DNA of 64,000 bases from Tolypothrix carrinoi HA7290-LM1 (lineage in GTDB: Bacteria > Cyanobacteriota > Cyanobacteriia > Cyanobacteriales > Nostocaceae), in NCBI GenBank assembly GCA_019358935.1, contig JAHHIK010000015.1, forward strand, positions 37,028-101,027, in the 5' to 3' direction. Below, one piece after another: positions 54,827 to 63,886 of the stretch; within the stretch, counting starts at the first letter, position 1; each line of letters begins with the position of its first letter. The position numbers and the translations under genes were made by a program. The notes under the pieces were generated by a model. That model did no database searches, had not been told where the DNA came from, and saw only the letters and a program-made list of their open reading frames with translations.

Positions 54827-54916
54827 TATTTATCCTTTTTTGATTTGGAGTAGCCCTTGCTACTTTTTTTTTGAGGGTAGATGTTGAGTAACTTGATATT
54901 TGTTGGTTTCTCATGA

Positions 54917-55219
54917 TCAAAAGGGGATATTGTCGATAAGTTGTTCTTCGATAATTTCGCCTTCTTTTCTTCTGGCTTTAATGAAGTCCTGGTAAATATA
55001 CCAAGGGATACTTAAAGACAGTTTCGGACGATTGAATGTTATTTGGATCAGCAAAAACTCGTAACTGTACTTTGACCAACAAACATCTACCTCTATGGGT
55101 GAATGGTCAAAGCCTAGTTCGCATTCTTGGAAGTGGGGCGATCGCGCTGCTGCCCAAAACCAAATTCGGGTAAGTAAGTGCAATCGCTTAAGTTTTTTGA
55201 CAATTTCACTGATTTTCAT
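54917..55219 (-). CDS. Hypothetical protein
   Basis: 100-aa ORF ending DNIPF. Confidence 0.6.
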   Translation of the reverse strand: MKISEIVKKLKRLHLLTRIWFWAAARSPHFQECELGFDHSPIEVDVCWSKYSYEFLLIQITFNRPKLSLSIPWYIYQDFIKARRKEGEIIEEQLIDNIPF

Positions 55220-55402
55220 AATTGGTGCGTAGACTTTAATTCGATAGATGCACTTCCAAGATTAGGCGCGATCGCTCTCTCCCCAGAAGCGCGATCGCGC
55301 ATTTATTTAAGCAATTATTAGGGATGGATGAGTTTCGCCAACAGAAATAACCACCTTTTGTTTTAACTCTGCTACCTGACAAACAGGTAGCAGCACCACA
55401 AT

Positions 55403-55437
55403 AAAGCCGTCCCCACCTTTGCGGTAGGGACGGCTTT
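55403..55437. terminator. GC-rich hairpin
   Basis: AAAGCCGTCCC...GGGACGGCTTT at the end of the coiled-coil ORF. Confidence 0.7.
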
Positions 55438-55903
55438 ATTCTGGATCTTCTTTGTCAGATGTTCCCTGGTTTGAAACTAAGTCGTAAATTTGTTGTTCAA
55501 GTTCTTGAATATCTTTCTTGAAACTTTCCTCTTCTTCCCTACTTTCGTCAAGCCGAGCTTCCAGCCTCCGCTGATCTGCTTTAACATACGACAAGTGCTT
55601 TTGTTCAATAAGCTTGAGGCGCTCTACGATTTTCCCAGCATGAGTGTCTCCGCACCGGTTTGTTGCCCCAGTGGAATCTTGCCCTGAGCTATTAACCTGA
55701 TCAAGTCTGATCTGTTCAACCCCATTGAGTGAGCTTGAATCCTGAAATTCTCCCAATCTTTCTCGCTGATCAGGAATGTTGCTCGAATTGAGTCCTCTGC
55801 TAATTTCTTCGGTCTTGCCATTTTTACATATCACAACAACAACCTCAATTTTATTGTATGAATAAAACCTTTTCGTATGAATAAAATGCTTGACAGGTTT
55901 CAT
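55436..55903 (-). CDS. Coiled-coil ORF overlapping the RHH gene in the -1 frame
   Basis: C-terminal ~65 aa form a clear coiled coil; the true start is uncertain. Confidence 0.5.
   Translation of the reverse strand: MKPVKHFIHTKRFYSYNKIEVVVVICKNGKTEEISRGLNSSNIPDQRERLGEFQDSSSLNGVEQIRLDQVNSSGQDSTGATNRCGDTHAGKIVERLKLIEQKHLSYVKADQRRLEARLDESREEEESFKKDIQELEQQIYDLVSNQGTSDKEDPE
55624..55821 (-). CDS. Ribbon-helix-helix (CopG-like) regulator
   Basis: MARPKK...RATFLISEKDWENF...GLNRSDLIRLIA. Confidence 0.75.
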   Translation of the reverse strand: MARPKKLAEDSIRATFLISEKDWENFRIQAHSMGLNRSDLIRLIAQGKIPLGQQTGAETLMLGKS

Positions 55904-55936
55904 TCATATAATATACTAAAAATAGTTATGTATGAA
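55856..55936. promoter_or_regulatory. Divergent promoter with operator-like GTATGAA repeats
   Basis: GTATGAATAAAA at 55856 and 55875, GTATGAA at 55930; TTGACA(55890)-N16-TATACT(55912). Confidence 0.6.
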
Positions 55937-56104
55937 AGAAACTCTTGCAACACCCCGCAACCAGACAGAGATAGCAGCCTGTCAGCCTTTATTGGTGTAA
56001 CCCAAAGACCTGCTAGCGGTTAATCGGTGCAGAGATGCCCAATGCCCAATGCCCAACGCCCAATGCCCAATGCCCAATGCCCAATAACAAAGGAGAACCT
56101 GCCA

Positions 56105-56323
56105 TTGAGCAAATTCATTGAAATCTTAGACAAAGACGGAGATCCAATAATTATCGACTTGGAGGCAGTAACGCACGCGGTAAAGACTTACGTCGGAGTG
56201 ACAGTTTATTTTCGAGACAGTTACTATGTCGTACTTAAAGAAGAAAATGCCGATACTCTTTGGGAAGTCTTGTCAGAACAGTCTTTGAAACTTTATCAAC
56301 GACCCCAGCCGGACAAAAAATAA
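56105..56323 (+). CDS. Hypothetical protein
   Basis: AAGGAG RBS followed by TTG; the upstream MPNAQ extension is translated STRR. Confidence 0.55.
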   Translation: MSKFIEILDKDGDPIIIDLEAVTHAVKTYVGVTVYFRDSYYVVLKEENADTLWEVLSEQSLKLYQRPQPDKK

Positions 56324-56397
56324 GGGATTCACTCGCTGAACCCCCTAGTGTAAATGGCGATAACTACTTGTGAGAACACCATTATGGCAATCAAATC

Positions 56398-56736
56398 ATG
56401 CAACTAGTGAAAAAAACCTTTCTTGAGCGCTTGCAATATCTGCAAGCCGAACTGCGTGCGATCGCCCAGTCCCCAGAACTGCGTCAACTCGTACAAAGCG
56501 ACTATTGCAGTTACGATCCGGACTTAACAATTGTTGACGCGATTCACGCAGTCACCGAAGTGATTGATGCCTACGAACAAAATTATTGTGTCATTCACTT
56601 GCAAGCTGGACATATATTGCAACGTGAAGAGATTCAATTTTCACCTGATGATGGCGATTTAAGAAACGATTTAAACCCTTACTATATTGAGGAATTTCTT
56701 TCAGGTGACAACGATTTGGGGATTCCTTTCGGCTAA
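56398..56736 (+). CDS. Hypothetical protein
   Basis: 112-aa ORF with acidic tail ending IPFG. Confidence 0.65.
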   Translation: MQLVKKTFLERLQYLQAELRAIAQSPELRQLVQSDYCSYDPDLTIVDAIHAVTEVIDAYEQNYCVIHLQAGHILQREEIQFSPDDGDLRNDLNPYYIEEFLSGDNDLGIPFG

Positions 56737-56861
56737 TGCGAAACCTAAAAATGCAAAAGGCGATCGCCTTCGCAGGAATCGCCCTTGCTCCTTCTTCCAA
56801 AACTCACGAAAAAAGGATAACTAATTATGACAGAAAACCGGCTCATGACCGTAACTAATTT

Positions 56862-57188
56862 ATGAGCCAAACTCGCATAACCCTAAACCCACAAATAGTG
56901 CCATTAGCGGAAGAACTGTTGCAACTAACAGGCGTTACCAGTCTTTCTAACCTGTTTGCGCTGCTCCTCACCCGCTACGGACAACACCTAAAAAACTCCT
57001 GGGTAATTGGCATCAACTTAACTGCTGCTGCATCAATGCAACCTGCATCAATGCAACCTGCATCAATGCAATCTGCATCAATGCAACCAAAGCAGTACGA
57101 ATTACCCCCGTCCCCCGAACCATTGGAGCTTCCCCAAACGGAAGATCCAGTCATACTGCGGATGGCACGGCTCATCGAGGAGTTTTGA
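56862..57188 (+). CDS. Hypothetical RHH-like protein with SMQPA repeats
   Basis: TRITLNP...LLQLTGVTSLSNLFALLL; four 15-bp repeats. Confidence 0.65.
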   Translation: MSQTRITLNPQIVPLAEELLQLTGVTSLSNLFALLLTRYGQHLKNSWVIGINLTAAASMQPASMQPASMQSASMQPKQYELPPSPEPLELPQTEDPVILRMARLIEEF

Positions 57189-57295
57189 TTAAAAGAGCGA
57201 TCGCTTCAGTGTGCCGTTAAAGCGATCGCCCCGCATCAGGTGTAAAAGCCAGATTTGACATTCGACAATATCAGTCAACTTACAATTTTACCAAA

Positions 57296-57583
57296 ATGAA
57301 GCCATTAGGTTATTACTGCAATTACACCCCAGGCGACGGAGGGTTGCTGGGGGAGATGGAAGAAAGTTGGGGGTCTTATTTTGAAGAAATAAATAATTCG
57401 GAGCGCCTCTGGTTTCTATTTAGATTGTTTGGGACAATGACCGCGAACGCCGGCGAAAATTATAACCCCTATGAAGTTCAAGAAGTAATTTCTCCTGCGT
57501 GCGATCGCTTGAACGAATTGTCTATTTGGGATCAATTAGGACTAGCGAGTGCGCTCATAGACCAAATCAAAGCTAACCGCTAA
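57296..57583 (+). CDS. Hypothetical protein
   Basis: 95-aa ORF. Confidence 0.65.
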   Translation: MKPLGYYCNYTPGDGGLLGEMEESWGSYFEEINNSERLWFLFRLFGTMTANAGENYNPYEVQEVISPACDRLNELSIWDQLGLASALIDQIKANR

Positions 57584-57621
57584 TTTTTCGCGGCTGGGGT
57601 ATTCCCCAGCCACTTAATGAT

Positions 57622-58116
57622 ATGCAATTCGCACGAATTTGGCGCAAACATGGCAGCCAGATTATTTTTGGTTGTTTAATTGCCGCAAGCCTCGCTTATA
57701 GTTCCAAGGACATTGCCCGCAACATGCTCGCGCTTTCTCAAGTACGGCAAATTATCGCGTTTAACAGTCAACAGCAAGCGCTATTAGAGCAACAGTTCGC
57801 CTACGAAAAAGCACAAGCTTCAGTAGCAGCAGCGCGTTACAAAGCTGGATGCACCATTGTTGTAGCAGCCAATTCCCCAAAAAACCTTGCCACCTTGGTA
57901 GAAGGCGAATCAGTACTAGACCGTACCACCAAAAAGCCATTACCAGCCGGGACAGTGGTTTGTGACGGTAACGGGCAAACTGGGGTGATTGTTCGCAACT
58001 CTCAAAAACAACTGGTTGTAGGACAGATGGCATTTACGGGCGATCGTACTTTGGCACTAAAGCAGATTCGCAAAATACACGGAGCTAAAGTCTATTATGT
58101 TACACCCGAAAAGTAG
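57622..58116 (+). CDS. Membrane-anchored hypothetical protein
   Basis: N-terminal TM, coiled coil, GC...LPAGTVVCD.NG.TG domain. Confidence 0.75.
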   Translation: MQFARIWRKHGSQIIFGCLIAASLAYSSKDIARNMLALSQVRQIIAFNSQQQALLEQQFAYEKAQASVAAARYKAGCTIVVAANSPKNLATLVEGESVLDRTTKKPLPAGTVVCDGNGQTGVIVRNSQKQLVVGQMAFTGDRTLALKQIRKIHGAKVYYVTPEK

Positions 58117-58127
58117 GAGGTTTTCAA

Positions 58128-58835
58128 ATGTTTAGTAAAACCGCTGGTGCTAATTCTAGCACTGGCAGAAAGTCGAGCAGGCAGAGCCAAACTTCGCAGA
58201 AGTGGTTGAGAATTTTGTATTGGGGACTGGTGTTGTCTGGTATTTATTTTGCCTACCTGAATATTCAGCCCTACGAGCAGGCGGTTCGCTTTCTCAGTGG
58301 CAAGGTGGTAAACCAAGCATTTATTTATCTAGTGTCGGTGATTCCGATTGTTAACGGCATCGCTAATTTCATCGGTCGGGGCGTTACCTGGATATTGGGA
58401 ACCTTGCTTTGGGGAGTAATTCAGATTATTGAAGTACTGCCGATCATCCTTTACAACCATGAAGGCTTTATTCAGCAGATAGTTGGTGACGCTGACAGCC
58501 GCAGTAAATACCAAATTAAAGAAGACGAAGATCCAACTTTGGCGATGCTCAAGCGCACTTACAATGCCTTGCCAATTTCAATTGTGAGCAACCTGGAGCG
58601 TCTAAAGATTGTAACTTACGTAATTGACTTTCTGGTCTGCATTACAGTTTATTCTCCTGTTGCATCTGGTAAATTTAGTGATTTTTTTTGGTTTGTAGGC
58701 TCCGGACAGTGGAACAAAATTGATTTTGGCAATTTAGCTTTAGCACTGGTTACGTTGTTTGCCATTGAAATTATTCTCGGTCTAATTATTTGGGTTGGCA
58801 AGCTCTCCTACGCAATCAAGGCAGCTAGCAAATAA
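58128..58835 (+). CDS. Polytopic membrane protein
   Basis: AGGAGG RBS; 4-5 hydrophobic segments. Confidence 0.8.
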   Translation: MFSKTAGANSSTGRKSSRQSQTSQKWLRILYWGLVLSGIYFAYLNIQPYEQAVRFLSGKVVNQAFIYLVSVIPIVNGIANFIGRGVTWILGTLLWGVIQIIEVLPIILYNHEGFIQQIVGDADSRSKYQIKEDEDPTLAMLKRTYNALPISIVSNLERLKIVTYVIDFLVCITVYSPVASGKFSDFFWFVGSGQWNKIDFGNLALALVTLFAIEIILGLIIWVGKLSYAIKAASK

Positions 58836-58905
58836 TAAATGCGACCGCAGTATCTCAGGGTTGAACTGCGGTTGCCTATTTTAATCAAAAATTATCAATT
58901 GGACT

Positions 58906-60420
58906 ATGACACGCTTTAATCCTGAAAAAAACCGTAAAACTCCCGAACAGTGGAGTGCGATCGCGCTTAATGCCACCAAAGACAACCATTTACAGTGGAA
59001 TGTTATTGGTGGTTTGATTTTGGGTGCTTTGGCAGCCAGCGCCGCAAGTCCCTTCACTGGGGGACTAGTTACGATTTATTTCTTGTGGGACAGTTGGAAA
59101 AAGGCGGGAGAGATTCAAAGAAATCAAGCGGCGATTACTGAAATAGGATGCGTGGCACAAGTGCTTGATGGCGATGATTTTGCAGATTATAGCCGCCAGG
59201 TGGGAAAGGACGCAGTAATTGCAGAATTAAAATTTGCCACAGAGCGCGGTTTGGCGTTAAGCGCTGCGGCGGCGGACTTTTTAGAGAACCATTCCCCCGT
59301 ACTCTCAACTGACAGCAACTTAATGACAACTGCCAAAACGCTTTTAGAAAAAGCTAAATTGCAGGTAGAAGTAGAGAGTCTGGAAGAAGTTTACAACAAT
59401 CCTGATGACGATTTCGATATTATTTCCAGTATGACTGACCGAATAAGCAACACCTTCATCTTGGGCATTGGCGGTACTGGGAAGGGAATAATTGTTTCCA
59501 ACGCCCTACGTGCTGCAAAAGCCAAGCATCCCAAATTGAAAATCTTTTACATCGATCCAAAACACGATAAAAAAGAGCAAGGATACACTGCTGGTGTTGT
59601 TGATAAAATTAAACGCTATAAGTGCGAGACAGAAGAGCCATCAATAGTGGTTGCTTGGTTGCAAAAATGCCTTTCAGAGTTCAATGAATACGCCAAAGTC
59701 AATGATGCGAACTCTGAGCGTACCTTGTTGATATTGGATGAGGGTACGGTACTGGGATTAAAATGTAAGATTGCGAAATCGACGATTTTATTAGACCGAT
59801 TGTCATCTTTAACTAGCCTTGGCGATAGCGAGGGAAAGAACGTTTGGTTTATTGCTCAAACTCCGTTTGTCGGTGGTTCTGGAATTGATTTAAGCGCCTC
59901 CAGTCAGCTTGTAACTATTGCTTTAGTTAGTGCAGAGAATCGCGGTTCTTTGGATCAATGGAAGCGGTCAGCAATGATCAAAAAATTAAATAATATTGAT
60001 GAATACATTGAGAAGTCACCCGTCAACCGCGCTGTATTTTTTGGAAAAACTGCCAAATGGTATCCGATGCCAAAACTTGAAAATTACTCAGGATACGACA
60101 GAGATAGCCACAAACCACTAGAGGATGCTGCAACAATTAGGCAACAATTAGAGGTGGCATTTAGCTTTGAAGATATTAACGAACAACCCGAACAAAATAT
60201 TTTCCTTTCGCCATCAGCGGAGTCGATACTTCATTGGTTACAGACTAATCGCAAGGAACAATGGGTTAAATACAAGGGAAGCGATCGCGACATGTCTTTC
60301 ATTAAATTTTTAAGCCAAAATAATATCAAGGGCGAAGACAAGTCCGACGCAATAATTGAGTTGTTTGATGCAGGAAAGATAGAGATAGCGGACGACGATT
60401 CAGCAATCAAACTCCTCTAG
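58906..60420 (+). CDS. Membrane-anchored FtsK/HerA-superfamily ATPase
   Basis: N-terminal TM pair, Walker A GIGGTGKG, IDPK, Walker B LLILDE, FIAQ sensor; helical C-terminal domain. Confidence 0.8.
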   Translation: MTRFNPEKNRKTPEQWSAIALNATKDNHLQWNVIGGLILGALAASAASPFTGGLVTIYFLWDSWKKAGEIQRNQAAITEIGCVAQVLDGDDFADYSRQVGKDAVIAELKFATERGLALSAAAADFLENHSPVLSTDSNLMTTAKTLLEKAKLQVEVESLEEVYNNPDDDFDIISSMTDRISNTFILGIGGTGKGIIVSNALRAAKAKHPKLKIFYIDPKHDKKEQGYTAGVVDKIKRYKCETEEPSIVVAWLQKCLSEFNEYAKVNDANSERTLLILDEGTVLGLKCKIAKSTILLDRLSSLTSLGDSEGKNVWFIAQTPFVGGSGIDLSASSQLVTIALVSAENRGSLDQWKRSAMIKKLNNIDEYIEKSPVNRAVFFGKTAKWYPMPKLENYSGYDRDSHKPLEDAATIRQQLEVAFSFEDINEQPEQNIFLSPSAESILHWLQTNRKEQWVKYKGSDRDMSFIKFLSQNNIKGEDKSDAIIELFDAGKIEIADDDSAIKLL

Positions 60421-60425
60421 TCGTA

Positions 60426-60536
60426 GTTACCTGTTACCCTGTTACCCTATTACCCCCAAAGAGCGTAAACAACGAAGTAACAACAGGTACAGCCTGCGGT
60501 AACAGGTAACAACAACAGGTAACGACAACAGGTAAC
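60426..60536. repeat. GTTACC / ACAGGTAAC repeat cluster directly after the ATPase
   Basis: Four GTTACC-like units followed by several GGTAAC units in the opposite orientation. Confidence 0.85.
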
Positions 60537-60580
60537 AAAGCAGTAAACTGTTAGTAAATACTTTTCAAGGACTTAAAAAG

Positions 60581-60784
60581 ATGGATGAATTTTGTATTCG
60601 TTGCGGTAGTACAAACATTACCTTTGACCGCGATTATGGATTCTACCGTTGCAACGATTGTAATGAGACGTGGGCATATCCTCAAGACGATCCGGATTAC
60701 TACGAATTCGACGACCTCGATTTAAGAGACTTGTTATTAGAACAATTTGGAAACGGTCGAATGACGTTTATTCCGCCCTACTAA
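60581..60784 (+). CDS. Acidic Zn-ribbon protein
   Basis: CIRCGS...YRCNDC...W plus D-rich tract; AAGGA RBS. Confidence 0.7.
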   Translation: MDEFCIRCGSTNITFDRDYGFYRCNDCNETWAYPQDDPDYYEFDDLDLRDLLLEQFGNGRMTFIPPY

Positions 60785-60866
60785 ATATATTCTGAGAATT
60801 ACGACCGATTGCAGTTAAATCAATTCGGTTGTAACTATTTAACCGTAGCGGAGTAAAACTTTAACA

Positions 60867-61100
60867 GTGCTAAAACCATCTGAATTACAAAATTTTTCAA
60901 TAATTGGACAGCTTGCCTGCGACTGCCTTGCTGATTGGGGCTATGATTTTGATTTTCTTCTAGTTAAATCAATCGTTTGGGATGAGAACCGAGAAAGTTG
61001 GATCGTCGGGCTTATTGATAATTACAGAGTTCCCAAGGACATTTGTGTAGCGATACAGCCATACGGGGACTCTTATCGATATAGAGGAATTGTCCGCTAA
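60867..61100 (+). CDS. Hypothetical protein
   Basis: 77-aa GTG-start ORF with upstream GGAG. Confidence 0.5.
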   Translation: MLKPSELQNFSIIGQLACDCLADWGYDFDFLLVKSIVWDENRESWIVGLIDNYRVPKDICVAIQPYGDSYRYRGIVR

Positions 61101-61150
61101 CAAATTTCACTAGTGCCGAATTTATAAACGTTTGGTGATAGCCAAAAACA

Positions 61151-62260
61151 ATGGACAATATTGACATGCAAATTACCACAGCCAACTCTCGTTTAAAATC
61201 TCAAAATATTGGGCTTGCTATAGAACGCGATGGCGGAAGGTTGCGGTTGCAGGGAATATTTCCCCCTAAGCCGGACTCTGATAGAATTGGGGCTTTTCAA
61301 CAGCGACTTTATCCCGATATTCGAGCTACCTCTGAAGGAGTACGTCTTATTGAAAAAGAAGCGTTGAAGATTCGGTTGCTGCTTGATGAACGCAAATTCG
61401 ATTGGGAACCGTACTTAAAAATATCTGTTTCTGCACCTTTATCTGTGGGTGATTGGATTAATTTATTTGAGGAAGACTACTTTAATCGCCGCCGTCGCAC
61501 ACCTCAATCAGAAACCACTTGGAGAACCGAATATCAACACGTCTTTCGCCATCTGCCACAAGGTCAAGAGCTAACTGCCAAAGTTTTGCAAGCACAAATT
61601 TTGGCAACCGAGCCAGACTCCAAAACTCGCAAGCGCTATTGCATTTGCTTGGGAGCGCTTGCCAAATTCGCCAAACTCGACTTTAACGCCAAAGTCTTTG
61701 CGGGGGACTATAACCCTAGAAAAGTTACGCCGCGAGATATTCCGACCGACGAACAGATCGTTGAATGGTTTTACAAAATTGACAACGCGAGTTGGCGCTG
61801 GGTTTACGGAATGCTGGCAACCTTTGGATTGCGAAACCATGAGGTATTTCGGTTAGACCTGAAAGCGTTTGAGAATTCTCACATTTGTAGTGTGTTAGCC
61901 AATACTAAGACTGGTGCCAGGCGAGTCTGGAGTTTTCATCCCGAATGGTTGTCAGAATTTAACTTGCATGAAATTTCGCTTCCCAAAGTTAACTTATCAA
62001 GCCCAAACGCAAATTTGGGACACAGCATCACCCAATATTTTTACCGTCACAAAATCCCTTTTCCGGCTTACAGTCTCAGGCACGCATGGGCTATCCGTAC
62101 CCTGGAATACGGTCTAGATATTTCCTTGGCAGCTCAACAGATGGGGCACTCGTTGAAAGTCCATAGCGAGCTGTATCATCATTGGATAAGCGATCGCCAA
62201 CATCAACGCGCTTTTGAACTGTTACTAAAGCGATCGGACCGACCCCTGCCACCTACCTAG
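61151..62260 (+). CDS. Tyrosine recombinase/integrase (XisA/XisC-like cyanobacterial family)
   Basis: FGLRNHE (R), TKTG (K), YSLRHAWA (R), MGHS (H), HSELY (Y); adjacent to attR. Confidence 0.95.
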   Translation: MDNIDMQITTANSRLKSQNIGLAIERDGGRLRLQGIFPPKPDSDRIGAFQQRLYPDIRATSEGVRLIEKEALKIRLLLDERKFDWEPYLKISVSAPLSVGDWINLFEEDYFNRRRRTPQSETTWRTEYQHVFRHLPQGQELTAKVLQAQILATEPDSKTRKRYCICLGALAKFAKLDFNAKVFAGDYNPRKVTPRDIPTDEQIVEWFYKIDNASWRWVYGMLATFGLRNHEVFRLDLKAFENSHICSVLANTKTGARRVWSFHPEWLSEFNLHEISLPKVNLSSPNANLGHSITQYFYRHKIPFPAYSLRHAWAIRTLEYGLDISLAAQQMGHSLKVHSELYHHWISDRQHQRAFELLLKRSDRPLPPT

Positions 62261-62359
62261 TTTGCTTATATGTGTTTTATGTGTCGAAGTTTAGCACTGG
62301 CAAGGATTTTACTCAATACCACTTTATTCTTTCCCTGTTAACGGAGAAAACACGTTGGG

Positions 62360-62402
62360 CTGAAAATCCTCGTGTCACCAGTTCAAGTCTGGTTCCTGGC
62401 AT
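62360..62402 (+). repeat. attR (duplicated tRNA-Phe 3' part)
   Basis: CTGAAAATCCTCGTGTCACCAGTTCAAGTCTGGTTCCTGGCAT, identical to attL. Confidence 0.97.
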
Positions 62403-62422
62403 ACATTTCAGAAAAATAAAGC

Positions 62423-62775
62423 TCTTGCATATTGCATAAACTTGCATACAACTTGCATACGGTAAAAGACACCGTAGTAGTGGTAGCGCGATTGGATATT
62501 GGTCGCATGTCCGCTTAAAGGGTGTTGAACAGGGTGTAGGGGGTAGGGTGTGGGGTGTAGGGTTCGGTTGGATGGGGATTCTAACCCCAACCAACCTTTA
62601 TACACCGTAAGACGGTGGGGTCTTAAACCCGAATGCTCCTGGGGCGGGGTGTGAGCATTCTTCAAGGTATTCCCCACACCCCATCACTGCAACCCCACAC
62701 CCAGGAGCGAAGCGACGATAAAAGGGAGATAAGAAATAATCATACTTCGTCTGTCTATGCAAGTTATATGCAAGT
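62423..62775. repeat. TTGCATA repeats and inverted TATGCAA copies around a palindrome-rich segment
   Basis: Four TTGCATA at 62424-62460 and two TATGCAAG at 62756-62773. Confidence 0.7.
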
Positions 62776-63075
62776 CAATACCCCTTCGGGCTATGAAGGT
62801 GACGGGTGAGAAGTTGGTGTAAGCACCACACAATCTTCAATCAGTCTCCAGCGGCTTGAGGTCGCTAACAGGATACTCTAGGTATTTTTGCTCTTTCTTA
62901 AACCCACCAACAACCTGTATGGCTACGATGCCTTCTCTGTTACTCAAAATTTGCTTGACAAGAACTCGTTCGCCTCGGAAGTGTTCATTATTCCCGCAGT
63001 AAATAGCGATATCCTTCTCCTTGAATGGGAAGGAATTAAAAATAGAAGTATTTTCGTCCTCTAGTCCTACATGTC

Positions 63076-63841
63076 CTACACTATCCTTATACGGTCATTC
63101 ATTGTGATAGAGCGCTTTTCTTGGGTTTTAGTACCTGCCTCAATTTCACCACTAGCTGTTAACTTTTGAGAGAATGTTATTTTTGCACCTCTAATGTGCT
63201 TCCATTGCAAGGCTAGTGCCTCTTCAGGTCGGCAACCAGTAACAAACAAAAACTCTACCAAAGAAGCGTAATAACAGTAATATCTATTAGCTTGAAAAGC
63301 CGCGATAATGCGATCGCGTTCTTCTAGTGTGAAAGGGTTAATCTCCTCTTTAGTCCCTGAATTTTTTGTGGAAGGGATAAGCTTTTTCAATCCATCGAAC
63401 GGGTTACTTTGTAATTTTTTACAGGCTACACCCCATTTGCAGCAAGCATTGATTAACTTCCATTGTTTCTCAAGACTGCTAGTGGAATTACCTTTATGGT
63501 CGCTGACTAGCCATTGCATAATATCCATCGACTCTTTAGCCAACTTGTAAGGACATTTTTCGAGCTTGTTCTTGATGCGGTCGTAATCAATCATGCTGTT
63601 GGACTTTAAAGTTTTACTTTTGAATTTTGTGTAATCCTCAAACAGGTTTAACAGATTGACGGCATTGACTGATTCTCTCTCGGCAAGAATGGCTTTTGCC
63701 TCCTCCAAGTCCTGTAAGGCATCTTTAGCGCTTCTCTTTCCGAGTGCGTTAGGTTTGTACTTTGTTAGGGTAGGGTCAAAGTATCCAGTTATACAATCTT
63801 GGCGTATACGGTTAGCAATTTCCTCAGAAGAACGCGATCGC
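63076..63841 (-). pseudogene. Truncated tyrosine integrase of a second element
   Basis: FDPTLTKYK, INPFT.EE, FVTGCRPEEA and TKT present; stops before the HxxR/H/Y catalytic region and lacks a convincing N-terminus. Confidence 0.8.
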
Positions 63842-63886
63842 CAATTTATCGGAATACTTAGCACCTGGGATAAACAAGTAACGTAG

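Noticed and set aside
61151..62260. Heterocyst nifD/hupL-type excision element
   Set aside because: The integrase is XisA/C-like, but the target is a tRNA that stays intact, not a nif or hup gene
62360..62402. Second tRNA-Phe gene
   Set aside because: Only the 3' 43 bp are present, without the 5' acceptor strand or D-arm; this is attR
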